Source of the DNA: Paragordius varius
Lineage: Eukaryota; Animalia; Nematomorpha
Direction: 5' to 3'
NCBI GenBank assembly: GCA_964247055.1
Contig: OZ176051.1
Span: forward strand, 4,712,001-4,776,000
DNA length: 64,000 nt
The notes beneath the pieces are model-generated. The model was given only the letters and a program-made list of their open reading frames with translations. It was not told the DNA's origin and searched no databases. Of the stretch, positions 28,370 through 40,800 are shown in pieces. Position numbers and translations under genes: made by a program. Position 1 is the first letter of the stretch; every line of letters starts with the position of its first letter.

Positions 28370-28622
28370 ACAATAAAATATATATACGAACAAAACGTGA
28401 TATAATAACGAGAAATAGTTCCTTGAAAAATTATTTAATTACAATTGTAAAATGCATAAAGGATTATGTTACCAATTTCCATCTCTATTTCATACTTTCC
28501 GGTATAAAACAATTATGTATATTAAAAAAAATAAGATTAAAAAAGTATGATTGTCTTTTTAAATAAAAATATTTGTATTTATATTTTTACGTTTTGTCAG
28601 TATAATTTCAATTTTTACTGTT
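28370..28622. mobile_element. MITE family B copy (degenerate)
   Basis: Ends in GTATAATTTCAATTTTTACTGT like the 56496-56731 copy; the internal segment matches that copy in reverse orientation. Left boundary approximate. Confidence 0.55.
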
Positions 28623-29269
28623 GTAGAATTTCTTAAACAATTTTTCTAAATTAATCTATCCAATTGTCAGTAAGTAGAAAAAATTGCTATATAGTGTTTG
28701 TATTTTACAGTTTTATGTTTGAAATCTAATAAAATATTTATAAATGCCCATGTATATTCCGACAGCCGGTCCAATTTTTTGAATCTAAAATACGACCCAC
28801 GAAGCCATTTATGTACAATATTGGTATTAAATATTCAATTATTTTTTATAGGATTGATACATTAAGTTAATTGGTATAATCTAAGGGCATATGACTTATG
28901 AAATTTAAATTTATTTTTCATAATGAATATTTTGTGGTCTATTAAACAATTTTTAAACAACGAAAAATGGTATCATTCGAAAAGCAAAAGCTGATTCATT
29001 ATGTTCAATTTATTTTCTTGTGTCACGACGATAGAGACCAATTAATTGTACAATGTTTTTTAACCAATAATATTGATACATGTTTCTTCCTTCACTCTAA
29101 GAATAACACATATAATTTTTTTTGCTCTCTTAATCCTAAAAATCATTTTAGTAAATTATTAAAAAGAAAGCAAACCATCATGATTATTAAATAAATTAAT
29201 CCCTCTAAAAATATTTCATATTGTTATATCATATCATAATTTTTCCCGCAAATACCACAGTAAATGGAT

Positions 29270-29273
<4 letters not shown>

Positions 29274-29318
<45 letters not shown>
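29274..29318. repeat. (TA)n microsatellite
   Basis: TA run with one GT interruption. Confidence 0.95.
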
Positions 29319-31294
29319 TAATCAAGACTCATGTCGAGATACTATCCGCGCATACAAAATGCGAGCAAGATGTATGCAAGAATATCTAAAAAAATATATA
29401 CGTAATTAATTTCATATTTGAGATTAATATGCACAAAACACCAACTATGAGATTAGAGAATGGTATAATCTAATTTCTTACCAAAAAAATAATAATTGGT
29501 TATTATAACTTTATATTTGGCCTAAGCCTAAATTGGTTGGCAATTTCAATAAGGAAAAGTATGATTATTTATGAGCTTAGGTACATGAAGTCGTCTAGTT
29601 GTTGAAATATAAAGTGTATATCGTATAAAATCAATACTTGGACACAGAGTGTGTTCCAGAGTAAGTAGTGAGTAAACAATTTTGTAAAATATCTTTAAAG
29701 GATAGTTTGCACTATTATGAATAAAAAATACCACAAAAATGGAGATATATTTTTTAAAAACTTGAAAAAATCAATATATTATAGATGATATTAAATATTA
29801 TGTTGACAATAATTAAGGAACGATTTTTTTCCTTTTGGTAAAAATTAATCTAATATAATCATACTTTAAAATGTGTTTTAAGTCGAAATATTGCAACAAT
29901 TTGGTACAACAGGGGACTGTTGTAAAATAGCTCATATACACATAATTCTCTAGTTATTGGAGGTATCTACTGTCATAGAAATTTTTTTCCATACTTATTT
30001 CGTATTCAAGTTAAGAATTATTTAAGTCGAAACGAATATTTTAATCTGTCCTTAGCGATTTCTGAGGTTTTTGGATTCAATGGATAAAAAAGACTGAAAA
30101 ATTAATATTAATCATTTTATTGATAAATACGTATGTTGGGCTTTCTAGATGTTTTCCCGAAAAAGGCGTAGGTCCATTCAAATACAATAATGAATATTTA
30201 TTTATTAGAAGCACTGAGCATGGTTAAGCCACTTTTTTGAGATAACCCTTAACTCTCCATGTTTTTTAAATAAAACTTTCCCAAAAATATTTGTTTAAAG
30301 CAAGAAAAAGTAGAGAACACCAGGATGATTTTATATACAGCTATAAACTAAAGCGTCTTTACCAATATAATCATCATTTATACAATTTTCCTAAAATTGC
30401 CTTATATGAATTTAGATTTTGACTAATTACATTTTATTTATGAGTTGAGTCGGGCTACTATTTTGAAATCTGATTGACTCTTTGTTTGAGCAGCGACACA
30501 TGTGTTGTGGTGTTTTTGTAAAATCTAAATTTACATTTTAATTATTGGGAGTAAGCAGTAAAGAATGAATCCAGATTGCCTTTTTAACAAAAATAATCTA
30601 TTTCTTTAAATGCTAACTGCTAATTAGACATGAACGAAATCGGATGTCTTAAAAAATATCCTGATGTAATCCTCCTTTTTGGTGTGGTGTTAAATGGAAT
30701 TCTGAAAATTTAAAAATGTTTTTTTTATTTAATACTTCAATACCTTTTGGGGTAGTTTTATATCCCAACATTTCGAATATCTTAAAAAGTATTTAAGGTA
30801 TAAAGCCGAATTCTAAATATGCTTTCTTTAGTCTTTGAGAAACGTTATACATTTTTTTTTAAACAAGGTAAAATTGTAAAAATCCTCATCTCAAACTATT
30901 TTCCGCCACTTTTTTCTATATGGCGAAATATATATGGTTAGAAAATGTAAATAATTAATTTTAAAAAGCTTTCAGTATTCATTCAGCAAAAACTTGATGT
31001 ATATGTAAGGTGACCAGACGTCCCGCTTTTGGCGGGACAGTCCCGCTTTTTCACACTTTGTCCCGCTTCCTGCTACGTTTTTAAATGTCCCGCTTTTTCA
31101 CAATTATATAAAAAAAATTTTTTTTAATACAAATAAATTTTTTTTGTCCGTTTAAATTTTTTATCATTAAATATCTTTAAAATCTATTCAATTTTAAATT
31201 AAAATTTTTTATTTTAAATTAAAAATATTTATTTTTTCGAATTTATATCATGTGATTATACACTATACTTCCTACTACTACTGTCATTATTATC

Positions 31295-31557
31295 AAAAAG
31301 CCAAGTTAATACCACAAATCTCTAGATTAAAAGACAAATTGATACCACAAATCGGTACCTTACACGTTAATTTCACAAAATTAAGGTAATATAATATTTA
31401 TTATACTAATATTTTAGTTTTATTACTTGCCAACATTATTAAAAAGCCAAATTAATACCACAAATCGGTAGCTTAAAAGACAAATTGATACCACAAATCG
31501 GTACCTTACACGTTTATTCCAGAAAATTAAGGTAATATAATATTTATTATACTAATA
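31295..31557 (+). repeat. Imperfect tandem duplication (146-bp period) in the hAT 5' region
   Basis: AAAAAGCCAA.TTAATACCACAAATC...TTAAGGTAATATAATATTTATTATACTAATA at 31295-31411 and 31441-31557. Confidence 0.85.
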
Positions 31558-31575
31558 GTAGTTTATAAATATTAG

Positions 31576-33429
31576 CACAAAAAGAGGTTGTAAATTCAAC
31601 GATGAATTAATGAAAGATTTTCCTTTTATCAAAAAAAACGAAGAATGAACATCTGTTAAATGTCTTATATGCGAGGGGGAATTCACCCTGGCACATGGCG
31701 GCAAGCATGATATTACAAAGCATATGGAAACACAGAAACATAAAAAATGTTTAGATATGGCGGCATCATCTTACAAAATGAGCGATTTTTTTCGAAAAAC
31801 CGCTTTTGGAGAGGAAAAAAAGAATTTGGCACTAGCTGAGTGCGTGTTATCTTTTCACGCCGTTAATCACAATAATTCCTTTAGATCTATGGACTGTACC
31901 TCACAAGTTATTCGCACGTTATTCCATAAAAAATTTACATGTGCCCGTACAAATGCTGAAGCCATTGTGTGCAATGTCCTTTCGCCACATATATTTTCTG
32001 AAATACAAAAAGATTTGCTGAAAATTAATTCCATATCGCTATACTCTGATGCATCAAATCACCATGAAACAAAATTATTTCCCACTTTGATGAGATATTT
32101 TGATTCAGAAACCGGAGTAAAAATTAAAATTTTAGATTTAATTTCCCTACCCGGTGAAAATTCCGAAATAATATTTACTTCAATAATGCAAAAAAATAAT
32201 TTAAAATACAAAATTATCGTATATTGCGCTGACAACACCAATATGAACTTTGGTGGAAAAGCAAGGAGAGGAACAAAAAAATATTTTTCATAAATTAACA
32301 GATAATCTTAATCAAAACATTATTGGCGTTGGGTGTGCAACGCATTTACACAACGCTATTCAAACAGCTACTGATTTGTTACCCCTAGATGTGGAAAATG
32401 TAGTTGTTAAAATATATTCCTATTTTTTAATATACACAGTAGGAATCGCTTAAAGAATTCTGTGAAAATGCAGAAGTTTAATATCAAAAAATGCTTGGAT
32501 ATTGTAAAACTCGTTGGTTAGCTTTTATGCCAGCTATCGAAAGAATTTTAAAAATGTATGATCCTTTAAAATCTTTTTTATTACCATAGGACAAATGTCC
32601 TACAACTTTAAAAAAGTTTTTTGAAAGTGATTGTTCAAAAATATGGTTAGAATGCTTACATAATCAAGCTTCTCTCTTTCAAAATGTTATTAAATTTATA
32701 GAAGGTGACAAAATTTCGGCAATCGAAGTAGCCAATGAAGTTAGTAACCTAAAATTCCAATGTCAAGAACGGTTAGAAAATAATTTTATACTATTAACAT
32801 CCGCAATATAATAAATAATTTAGAAAAACAAGGCTTAATAAATCGCCAAGATATCCTGTACTATATAAAAATGTTTTATACAAACTGTAAAGATTATTTG
32901 GAAGACTGGACGACCCAATTCATTGATATTGATCATTTTCATTGGATAACATTAAAATCAGAATTTAATTGGTGCGATGTTCAAAAATGATTTGATTATA
33001 TCTGCTCCCAAAATTTATCAAAAGGTAATCTTTCAGAAAATGATCTTTTTTCTGAAGTATCATTAGTTAAAAGATATATTAATAATAAAAAACTTAAATT
33101 ATGGACAAAAGAAAATATACAGTAAAAAAGAAATGGTTGGAAATATTTTATCATTTTGAAGCCAACTATATTACAAACAATAATATTTTAAAAATTGTGG
33201 AATTCGCATTATCTTTACCTGGAACCAACGCTGCTACTGATCGCGTTTTTTCCACAGTAAATCAGGTGTGGCCATCGGAAAAATCAAATTTAAATGTTGA
33301 AACTTTAAGGCCGTTTTATCTGTCAAATATAATTTGACAAATTCTTGTGAAGACTTCTACAATATTTTAATAAATGATGACAATCTGCTAAAACGCATTC
33401 ACTCAAACAAAAAATATACCAAAGAATAA
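31576..33429 (+). pseudogene. hAT transposase with several frameshifts and stops
   Basis: BED-like finger (KCLICEGEF...HDITKHMETQKH), catalytic-region motifs (SLYSDASNH, YCADNTNMNFGG, CKTRWLAF) and the hAT dimerisation domain (FALSLPGTNAATDRVFS). Split over ORFs 31724-32293, 32250-32453 and 33101-33337. Confidence 0.9.
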
Positions 33430-33483
33430 AATATTTTCTTATATTTATAAAGTTTTTATGTAAAAAAATAAACAAAATTACTC

Positions 33484-34299
33484 AAAATATTGTATAAGTC
33501 TTCATAATTTGTCAAATTATATTCGAACACATAAAATGGCTTTTATTCAAAATTTAAATTTGATTCCGTGTCCTTACTTATTTACTGTGAAAAAACGCGT
33601 TCGATAGCAGTGGTTCAGGTAAAGATAAGGCAAATTCTTTAATTAAAATATTATTGTATGGAACATAATTTGTTTAAAAATGATTATTTTAACCATTTCT
33701 ATCCTACGTATATTTTCTGTTGTCCATAATAAAAGTTTTCATTTAATATATTTATTTAATAATGAGACTTCATAAAAAATTGTCATTGTGCCCCGTCTTG
33801 TCTTCCAAATAATCTGTTTGTATAAAACATTTTTATATTATGGCTATTCATTGAGCCTTGTTTTCTGGATGCTTTATAATATTGCGATTAGGTAATGGTA
33901 TAAAATTATTTTCTAATCTTTTTTGACTTGGAATTTTGACCTTTGTCCTGTGATAACAAATAGGATTCTAGGAGATCATATTTTTATAAATATATCAATC
34001 GCTGGCAGAAGAGCTAACCAACAGTTCTACAATATTCAAGCATTTTAACATCTATATTTTCCACATCCAGGGGTAACAAATGAGTAGCTGTTTGAACGTT
34101 GTGTATCTGCCAATAATGTTTTGATTAAGATTATTCGCTAAATTGTTAAAAATATTTTTGTGCCGCTTCTTGCATCACCCAGCGCACTTTGTGATAATTT
34201 TGTCTTTATTATTTTTTTCTAGAATATTAAAATAACTTCACCCTTTGTTCGTGCACATGGAAATTTATTGAATAAGGTACAAACAACCTGTGAGGTACA
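33484..34299 (-). repeat. Inverted, internally deleted copy of transposase region 31895-33368, inside the same hAT element
   Basis: 34109-34134 is the exact reverse complement of 32302-32327 (26/26), and 34056-34096 matches 32359-32399 at 39/41. About ten colinear blocks run from 34299 (pairing with 31895) to 33484 (pairing with 33368). Confidence 0.92.
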
Positions 34300-35130
34300 A
34301 TTTTTTTTATATTTATAATGTATTTTGTTAAAAATAAATAAATATTACAATAAATTTTTTGTATAAAAATTTTTGGTTGTACCCCCCAATGACCCACTCC
34401 CTTCTCAGATTTGTCCCGCTTTTTCCTTCAAAAAATCTGGTCACCTTATGTATATGTGATAAAAAATTGGTAATTAAATTTTTAACTAAAATAACTTTCA
34501 AAACTGAGGTGTTTTTACAAAATTGAGCTCTAAAACTACCCCAAAATCTAAACTAGAACAAAGTTAAAAGTTAATAAAGTGTTAATATTAAAAATTATTG
34601 GTCTAATATTCATAATCTTTAGAAGCATTTTTAAAACTTACGGGATATATTTTGTTTCTTAAGTAATTAAATATTATTTAAAAAATCTAGAGGCTCTTCC
34701 CCTGTGACTTAGTCTGAACGATAATTTGTGAATTGGCCTTTCGTAATAAACTGAGGATATGGAGATAATCAATAAAATATAAACATATAGTAAAAATGTA
34801 ATTTTACGGATAAAACGTAAATTTAATGACAATTTTTTTTAAAGGCTTGTACTTTTTAAACTTGTTTCATGTAACTCATTGTTTAAAATTATGAGAAATA
34901 TATACTGTTATCATTGATCATGTTATTTACAAATATGATTAAAAATTTATTTAGCAGAAATATGTTCAGAAATTATCGGGGTTTTTTGTATTGTTTTACA
35001 AACTCAATTTAAGGGGTATCTATTTTCATATTGTCATCAAATTTCTGTTATTAAAAATGTCCCTTATTAGATAATTCAATTTAATTTCAAATTAATGAAA
35101 ACTTTCCGTTTTCCAATAAATTGGTCGAGG

Positions 35131-35136
<6 letters not shown>

Positions 35137-35162
<26 letters not shown>
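35137..35162. repeat. (TA)n microsatellite
   Basis: Pure TA run. Confidence 0.95.
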
Positions 35163-35165
<3 letters not shown>

Positions 35166-36670
35166 GAAATTGTGTCAGCACATAAGCTGGGGCTAATTTA
35201 AGGGCTATCATAAACTCATAATGAGGAAAAGTATGGGGAATGTGTTTTAACTGATAATTTTATTTTTAAGATAAATTATTTTTAATAGTAACAGTTTTTG
35301 CTAAAAAATAATTCCAATTAAACTTTAAAAAATGTGGTTGGAGGCTACCCAGCAGCTAACTAAAAAAGCTCAGTTATCATATTTACGGTTATAAGTCAGA
35401 TAATTGAAAAATAAGGATTCATATTTATATAATTTAACAAAACCTGCTTCAAAGATTTGATTTGAAATATTTGGTTTTTTCGCAAAAATGATTTAAGGGG
35501 AGCGGTTTAAATAGGCTTATCCGAAAAAAGTTGTTAGAATCGGAGTATTTTTAAAAAATCAATAAGTCAATTATAGTGGGATGGAGACAACTAAGGGGAC
35601 AATTAAAATTATTATCTTTGACCGGCGTATCAAAAGAAATTTATAAACTTTAATTGGTTTACACCTTTTCCACAATATTGCTTTGAAGTGTATATGTTGT
35701 TGGGAGTCGCGTCTGAAATGAATAGATATATAATAATAACCCTGTAACCTTATACGCCCTTTTCAAAAAACAAAAATTCCATTTTTAAATTGAGCTTACA
35801 GGTTTTCCAAAAATCTGCCTCAAGACAACTCAAAAAACCTCACAAAGAGGATGAAGTAAGGGTCAAATTTAAAACAATGGATATCAGTTACTCATAGCAC
35901 ATTTATTAAAAATATCACATATTCAATACAGCTTTCAAAAAATTGCTAACACTTCATGACCTTTTCACATTTCTGTTAGCGATGACATATTTGGCTAGTT
36001 TTATATATCCCAGCGCTCAATCTTATAAACTAGAGTTTTGAAAATTATTTTAGCTAAAATTTAATTATCAGACATTGTTCTCCTCTTTTAGATAAAAAAA
36101 TATATTTTTACAGTTTTGTAATTTGTAGAGCTTAAAAGTTCCAAAACACGATTAAACAGCTGATTTAAAAATTATAAAATTTGGTAAAATATCTGATTGC
36201 TTACTAAGGTTAATGACTCACTTTTAACTTTAATATATATATATATATATATATGCGTAGTGTATTAACGATATAAAAATATTTAGGAAAAATTGGCGGA
36301 CAATACATTTTAAAAAAATCTATATGAATGCGCCTTAAAATCTAAAGAAAGTGGTACGAACTAATTATTATCAGGGATATTGCTTCAATTTCAAAACTTT
36401 AGCCTTATTCCTATAAAATTTATTTTATGAAATTGTGTAAAATATAAATCGCAATAAACACGTAAAATATTTATGATATAAAATATATCATCACATCAGC
36501 AGAAGAAATACAAAATTATGAACTCAATATATCATTTTGAAACTTTAATTTAAGTCGGAGCATCTAGTAAACCTGGATAATTCTGTGGATAATTTCAAAT
36601 ATCTATTTAAAATGGTTCCAATTTAAATTTATTTTTCCAACCCAAAGATTATATAAATAAGAAAAATATC

Positions 36671-37209
36671 TAACACTACTGACATTTTGGGGTAGTTTCA
36701 TAACCCAGAGGAATTGATATTTGAAAATCTTAAAAAGTATTTAATGTATTGGCCAAAATTTGAAAATATACTTTCGTTGGTCTTTTAGGTGCATTGAACA
36801 AACTTTTTTTAATGTATAATTTTTTCAAAAATCCTACTAACTTTTTCGCCGCTATTTTTTCTTTACATTTTTTAAATATTATAATAATACAATAGGCAAA
36901 TAATATATATTATGTTAGAAAATATAAATAATTAATTTTATTAAGTCTGGATGCATTCTACGACCAAAACTTGATTTTTTTAATTTTAACAATTAGTTTA
37001 TTTCGATCGCGTTTTGGCGCTGTACCAATATTCGACTCTAGAAAAGCTGTTAAAAATATAATAATTATCATCTAATAGGAAGACAATGTTTGATAATTTT
37101 CAAATTTATAGTAAAATAACTTTCCAAATACTAGTTTATTTACAAAATTTTGCTATGGGAAAAACTACCCAAACATGTCGCGGACAAAAGAGTGGAATAA
37201 AGTGTTAAA
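36671..37209. mobile_element. piggyBac-like MITE (family C), uninterrupted copy
   Basis: Termini TAACACT...AGTGTTAA; inner inverted repeat GACATTTTGGGGTAGTTT / AAAACTACCCAAACATGTC; internal similarity to 30745-31005. Confidence 0.65.
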
Positions 37210-37874
37210 TTGCAATACATAGAAAAAAATAAAAACGCATGTGTTAGATCATATTTTTAAAAATAAGAAAAAATAAAACAATTTATGTGAAAATACATTT
37301 CTAGCAATTATTTAGTATAAAGATCCTTATTAAATTATTACTATTTATGGATTTCATACTTTCCCGTATTGCTTGATATTGATAAATTTATACATTGCAT
37401 ATTTTAAAAAAATTATTTTAAAATTGTAGGATTACAAAAAACAAATCTATTAATTGTGTTTTTTTATAAAACCATGAATTAAAATCATGCTCTCTAGATA
37501 ATATTTACTAAAATTTCTTAATCTAGTGGCAGATTTTTCAACATTTGAACTAAAGCATATTTTTTTACCAGCACAAAATTATTAGACGAAACTTTATAAT
37601 CATTTTATATTTTGTGGCTTTATACATAAATTTCGAGTCATAAAACAAACTTTATTTATACGTAAATAGGTAAAAAATTGGAAATTAGATTCTTAAATAT
37701 TTTTAGCTAAATTATTTAAATTTAATTTAATATCAATACGGATATATGCATATTATAATCATCTATTTTTATTATGATATTTATTATAATTTAATTTTAT
37801 AGCTCAAAATATAAATATTATAAAATGATTTGAATTATTACGCAAATTGTATCAGGTGCCATTTTCACCACACC

Positions 37875-40800
37875 ATGAAATATTGCTCGTTTTGCAAATT
37901 GATTTCTGCCACCGATGAAGTATTTTAGAATGGTTATATATTAAGCTTTATAATCGTCATATATGCACCGAAGATCATTTATTTAAATTAAGAAAGGCAA
38001 GTTTGCACAAAGTTTGCGAAAGCTGTAAAACCTATTATTATCCTGATAACAATACACTTGAAGTCCATATAGTATCACATAGACATATATGGGTAAAAAA
38101 TATTAATATATTTTAGACTTCTGTTTTAGAAGCGTTTGGAGGTTTTCTATATTTAATAATAGGTTTGGATAAAATCATATCCAAGTGCAAACTTCAACAT
38201 GGCCCACGTAATTTTTTGGAACAATACGACTATTTAGGTATTTTTAATAATAATGTTTAGGATTAAATTTTGTTGTAAGATGTATCTGTCAAGATGCCTA
38301 TATAAGTGCATATTGTTGTTTGTTATGTGGTTATACCTTTAGTCCAAACAGAACAGACGAGTCTATAGTTGATCATTTGCATTCCAAAGAACACATTGAA
38401 AATTTTTTGGTAAAATTATAAAAATAATTTTGCATGTAAAATTTTTACTAAAAATTAAAATTAATTAAATTTCAATTATTATTATGTAGCGTGTAAAAGC
38501 TCCAGATTATATCACAGAATTTTTTACACTTTATGATGGTGAATGCCAGGCATTTATAGAGAGTCCTAAACATCGCAATTTAGATCAAAAGGAAATCATA
38601 AATAACGTTTTGAAAGTTTTAAGGCCTAAAATTGCCTCAGTTGTTGAAACAAGAATACTTTATTTTTATACAAATCCTCAATACCCGGATTTTGACATTG
38701 TAGATCATATACTTGATACATATTCAGCCATATCTGCCAATGATACAATGTCAGATATAAATGAACACATAGAAACTTTGGCTATATCATTGGAACCATA
38801 CTTTAAAGATTATGACAAGCCACAGAAAACAATACAGCAACCAGATTCAACGCTTAAAGTTAATAAATCTAATTCAATCATATCATCAAATATCGTGGAA
38901 AAAAATGCAGTTATGGACACTCTAGCAGAAGAACCTGACAAAAATATTAACAATTCTTCCGAGATTATTAATACGGAAATGAATAATAAATTTGTTGTAT
39001 TAGATTCTTTAACTTTTACCAATGAGTCTTTAGAAAATAATGGTGATTCTACTCTAAATAATAAGTCTCTTTTATCTTCAAGTGAAACGGAAATAGGGGG
39101 CCAAAAGGAAATAGCTTTTGAAGAAAAGTCAAACGTAAAGTTTGAACAAGAGATTGTGGATGTGCAATCTGTAAATAAAGCTGCTACATTAACCACCAAT
39201 CATGTATCCATGGGCAATATGGATAGTAACAATAATGATAATAATCCAATTGATGAAAATAAAAATAAAGAAGATACAGATGCAATTGTTGAGGATTCAG
39301 CTCCCAAAGAAAAAATATATAATGTCGTTTATGATGGGATGGCTAGTTTGTTACAAAACTTAAAACAGGAGGAAAAGGCATCTGAAATTCTGGACACAAG
39401 CAATTTTAAAACAGTTGCTTTGTCCAATTCGAATCCATTGCCACGGACTACGCAAAAATCAAAAAAGAAAAAGAAGAAAAGTATTTGTCCTCTTTTTTTA
39501 AACTACTGTCTTAAAACTCGTTTATATTAAAATCATAATGCCGACATTATCCTTTAATTTGAGAGGCCAGTTAGCTTGATTAAAGATGAAAAATAACTAG
39601 TTACTTTTAAATTTGTTTCTTTATTAAGGTTTATCTTTATAAAATATATAACTTTTTGTAATCTGCTAGCAATGAATTATAAACATTTACAATTTACATT
39701 ATCTTCTTTTTATATTTATAATCTATATTTAATGTAAATTTTGTATAAGGGTTAAAAAAGCAAAGCTTTTTTGAAGGTTCAATATTTTATCTGACTGCCT
39801 TTCGTTTTTATTGTAGTTTGGTGTGATTGTTTTTTAATACATAATAACCCTTTTATTGCAGAGTTAATAAATTTACATATAAATATTATTTTTCACTTAA
39901 ATTTTTAAAGTACAAAATTAATATAAAAATTTTTTGCAAAAAACGTTTTTACCAAGTTGCATATAAAGTTTGTTAACCTTTTTAGCTTAAGAACAATAAT
40001 TTAATGATTTTTTTATTGGTTAAAATATTCATCACAAATTATGATTCATTGTTTTTTGTTCATTTAGGCGATTTTTCTTCATGTTTCCAGAAAAAATGCC
40101 GGTAATGTCGACTTTTTTGTGAGTTGATCATTTTACCCTTTTTATATGAAAATTAACTTTTATGGTCATTTTGCAGAATTGCGTGATGTTTTAGGTGATT
40201 TTAAATCTAGTTGCTAATTTTTATCTAATGCTATAATCGTCTGCCATTTTAAAACGTTCGAAAAATCCTAAGTGAAAATTGTTTATATATATCAAAATAA
40301 TTTTTATATGATTTAACACCAAACCTAAAATATTTGCATTTTTGCCTCATAATTTATTATTTGTAATTAGGTTTGATATTGTTCATAAATTTCTTATATG
40401 GCGGTATGTGTAGTAGTGATACAGGGGTTGGGCCAATTAATTGGTTCCTTATACATTTATTTTTTGCATTTTGTGCTGACCCTTAATAGTTTACAATACG
40501 AGTTTTATGAAATTCTCCTTCTTGATTTTTAACAGAAACTATTTACATATATGAATAAATTTAAATGACTTATTTTTTTAGATCCTATTCCTCCTGCAAC
40601 AGACGGTTCCATAATTGCACCGCAGAACAAAGTGGATTTAAATATTCTGTTTAAGCGTCTGAGAACGTTTATAATTGGAATGCCAAAAGTATATTTAAAA
40701 TTTTTGATTTTAATATTCGGAATAGTTTTTAAAGTAAAAATTATTTTTTTAAATCATAAAATTTGTTAAATATTGAATAAACATTCAAGTTTTGGACAAT

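Larger units (their letters stand above)
31006..34448 (+). mobile_element. hAT DNA transposon, Blackjack-like (3443 bp)
   Basis: 13-bp terminal inverted repeats (TIRs) TAAGGTGACCAGA / TCTGGTCACCTTA. 8-bp TSD TGTATATG at 30998-31005 and 34449-34456. Subterminal GTCCCGCTT repeats near 31020, 31040, 31060, 31087 and 34414. Confidence 0.95.
30733..34584. mobile_element. piggyBac-like MITE (family C) interrupted by the hAT insertion
   Basis: Perfect 16-bp inverted repeat TTTTGGGGTAGTTTTA (30745-30760) / TAAAACTACCCCAAAA (34531-34546); right terminus AGTG-TTAA. The flanks 30745-31005 and 34449-34584 align with the uninterrupted copy at 36671-37209. Confidence 0.65.

Noticed and set aside
29221-29409. 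ORFs containing YIYIYI runs (also 57185-57469)
   Set aside because: Artefacts of (TA)n microsatellites; the 3' part of the second ORF is a true PP5 exon.
29880-30700. Slightly GC-richer region that might be a decayed LTR-retrotransposon fragment
   Set aside because: No motif could be read with confidence in any frame.
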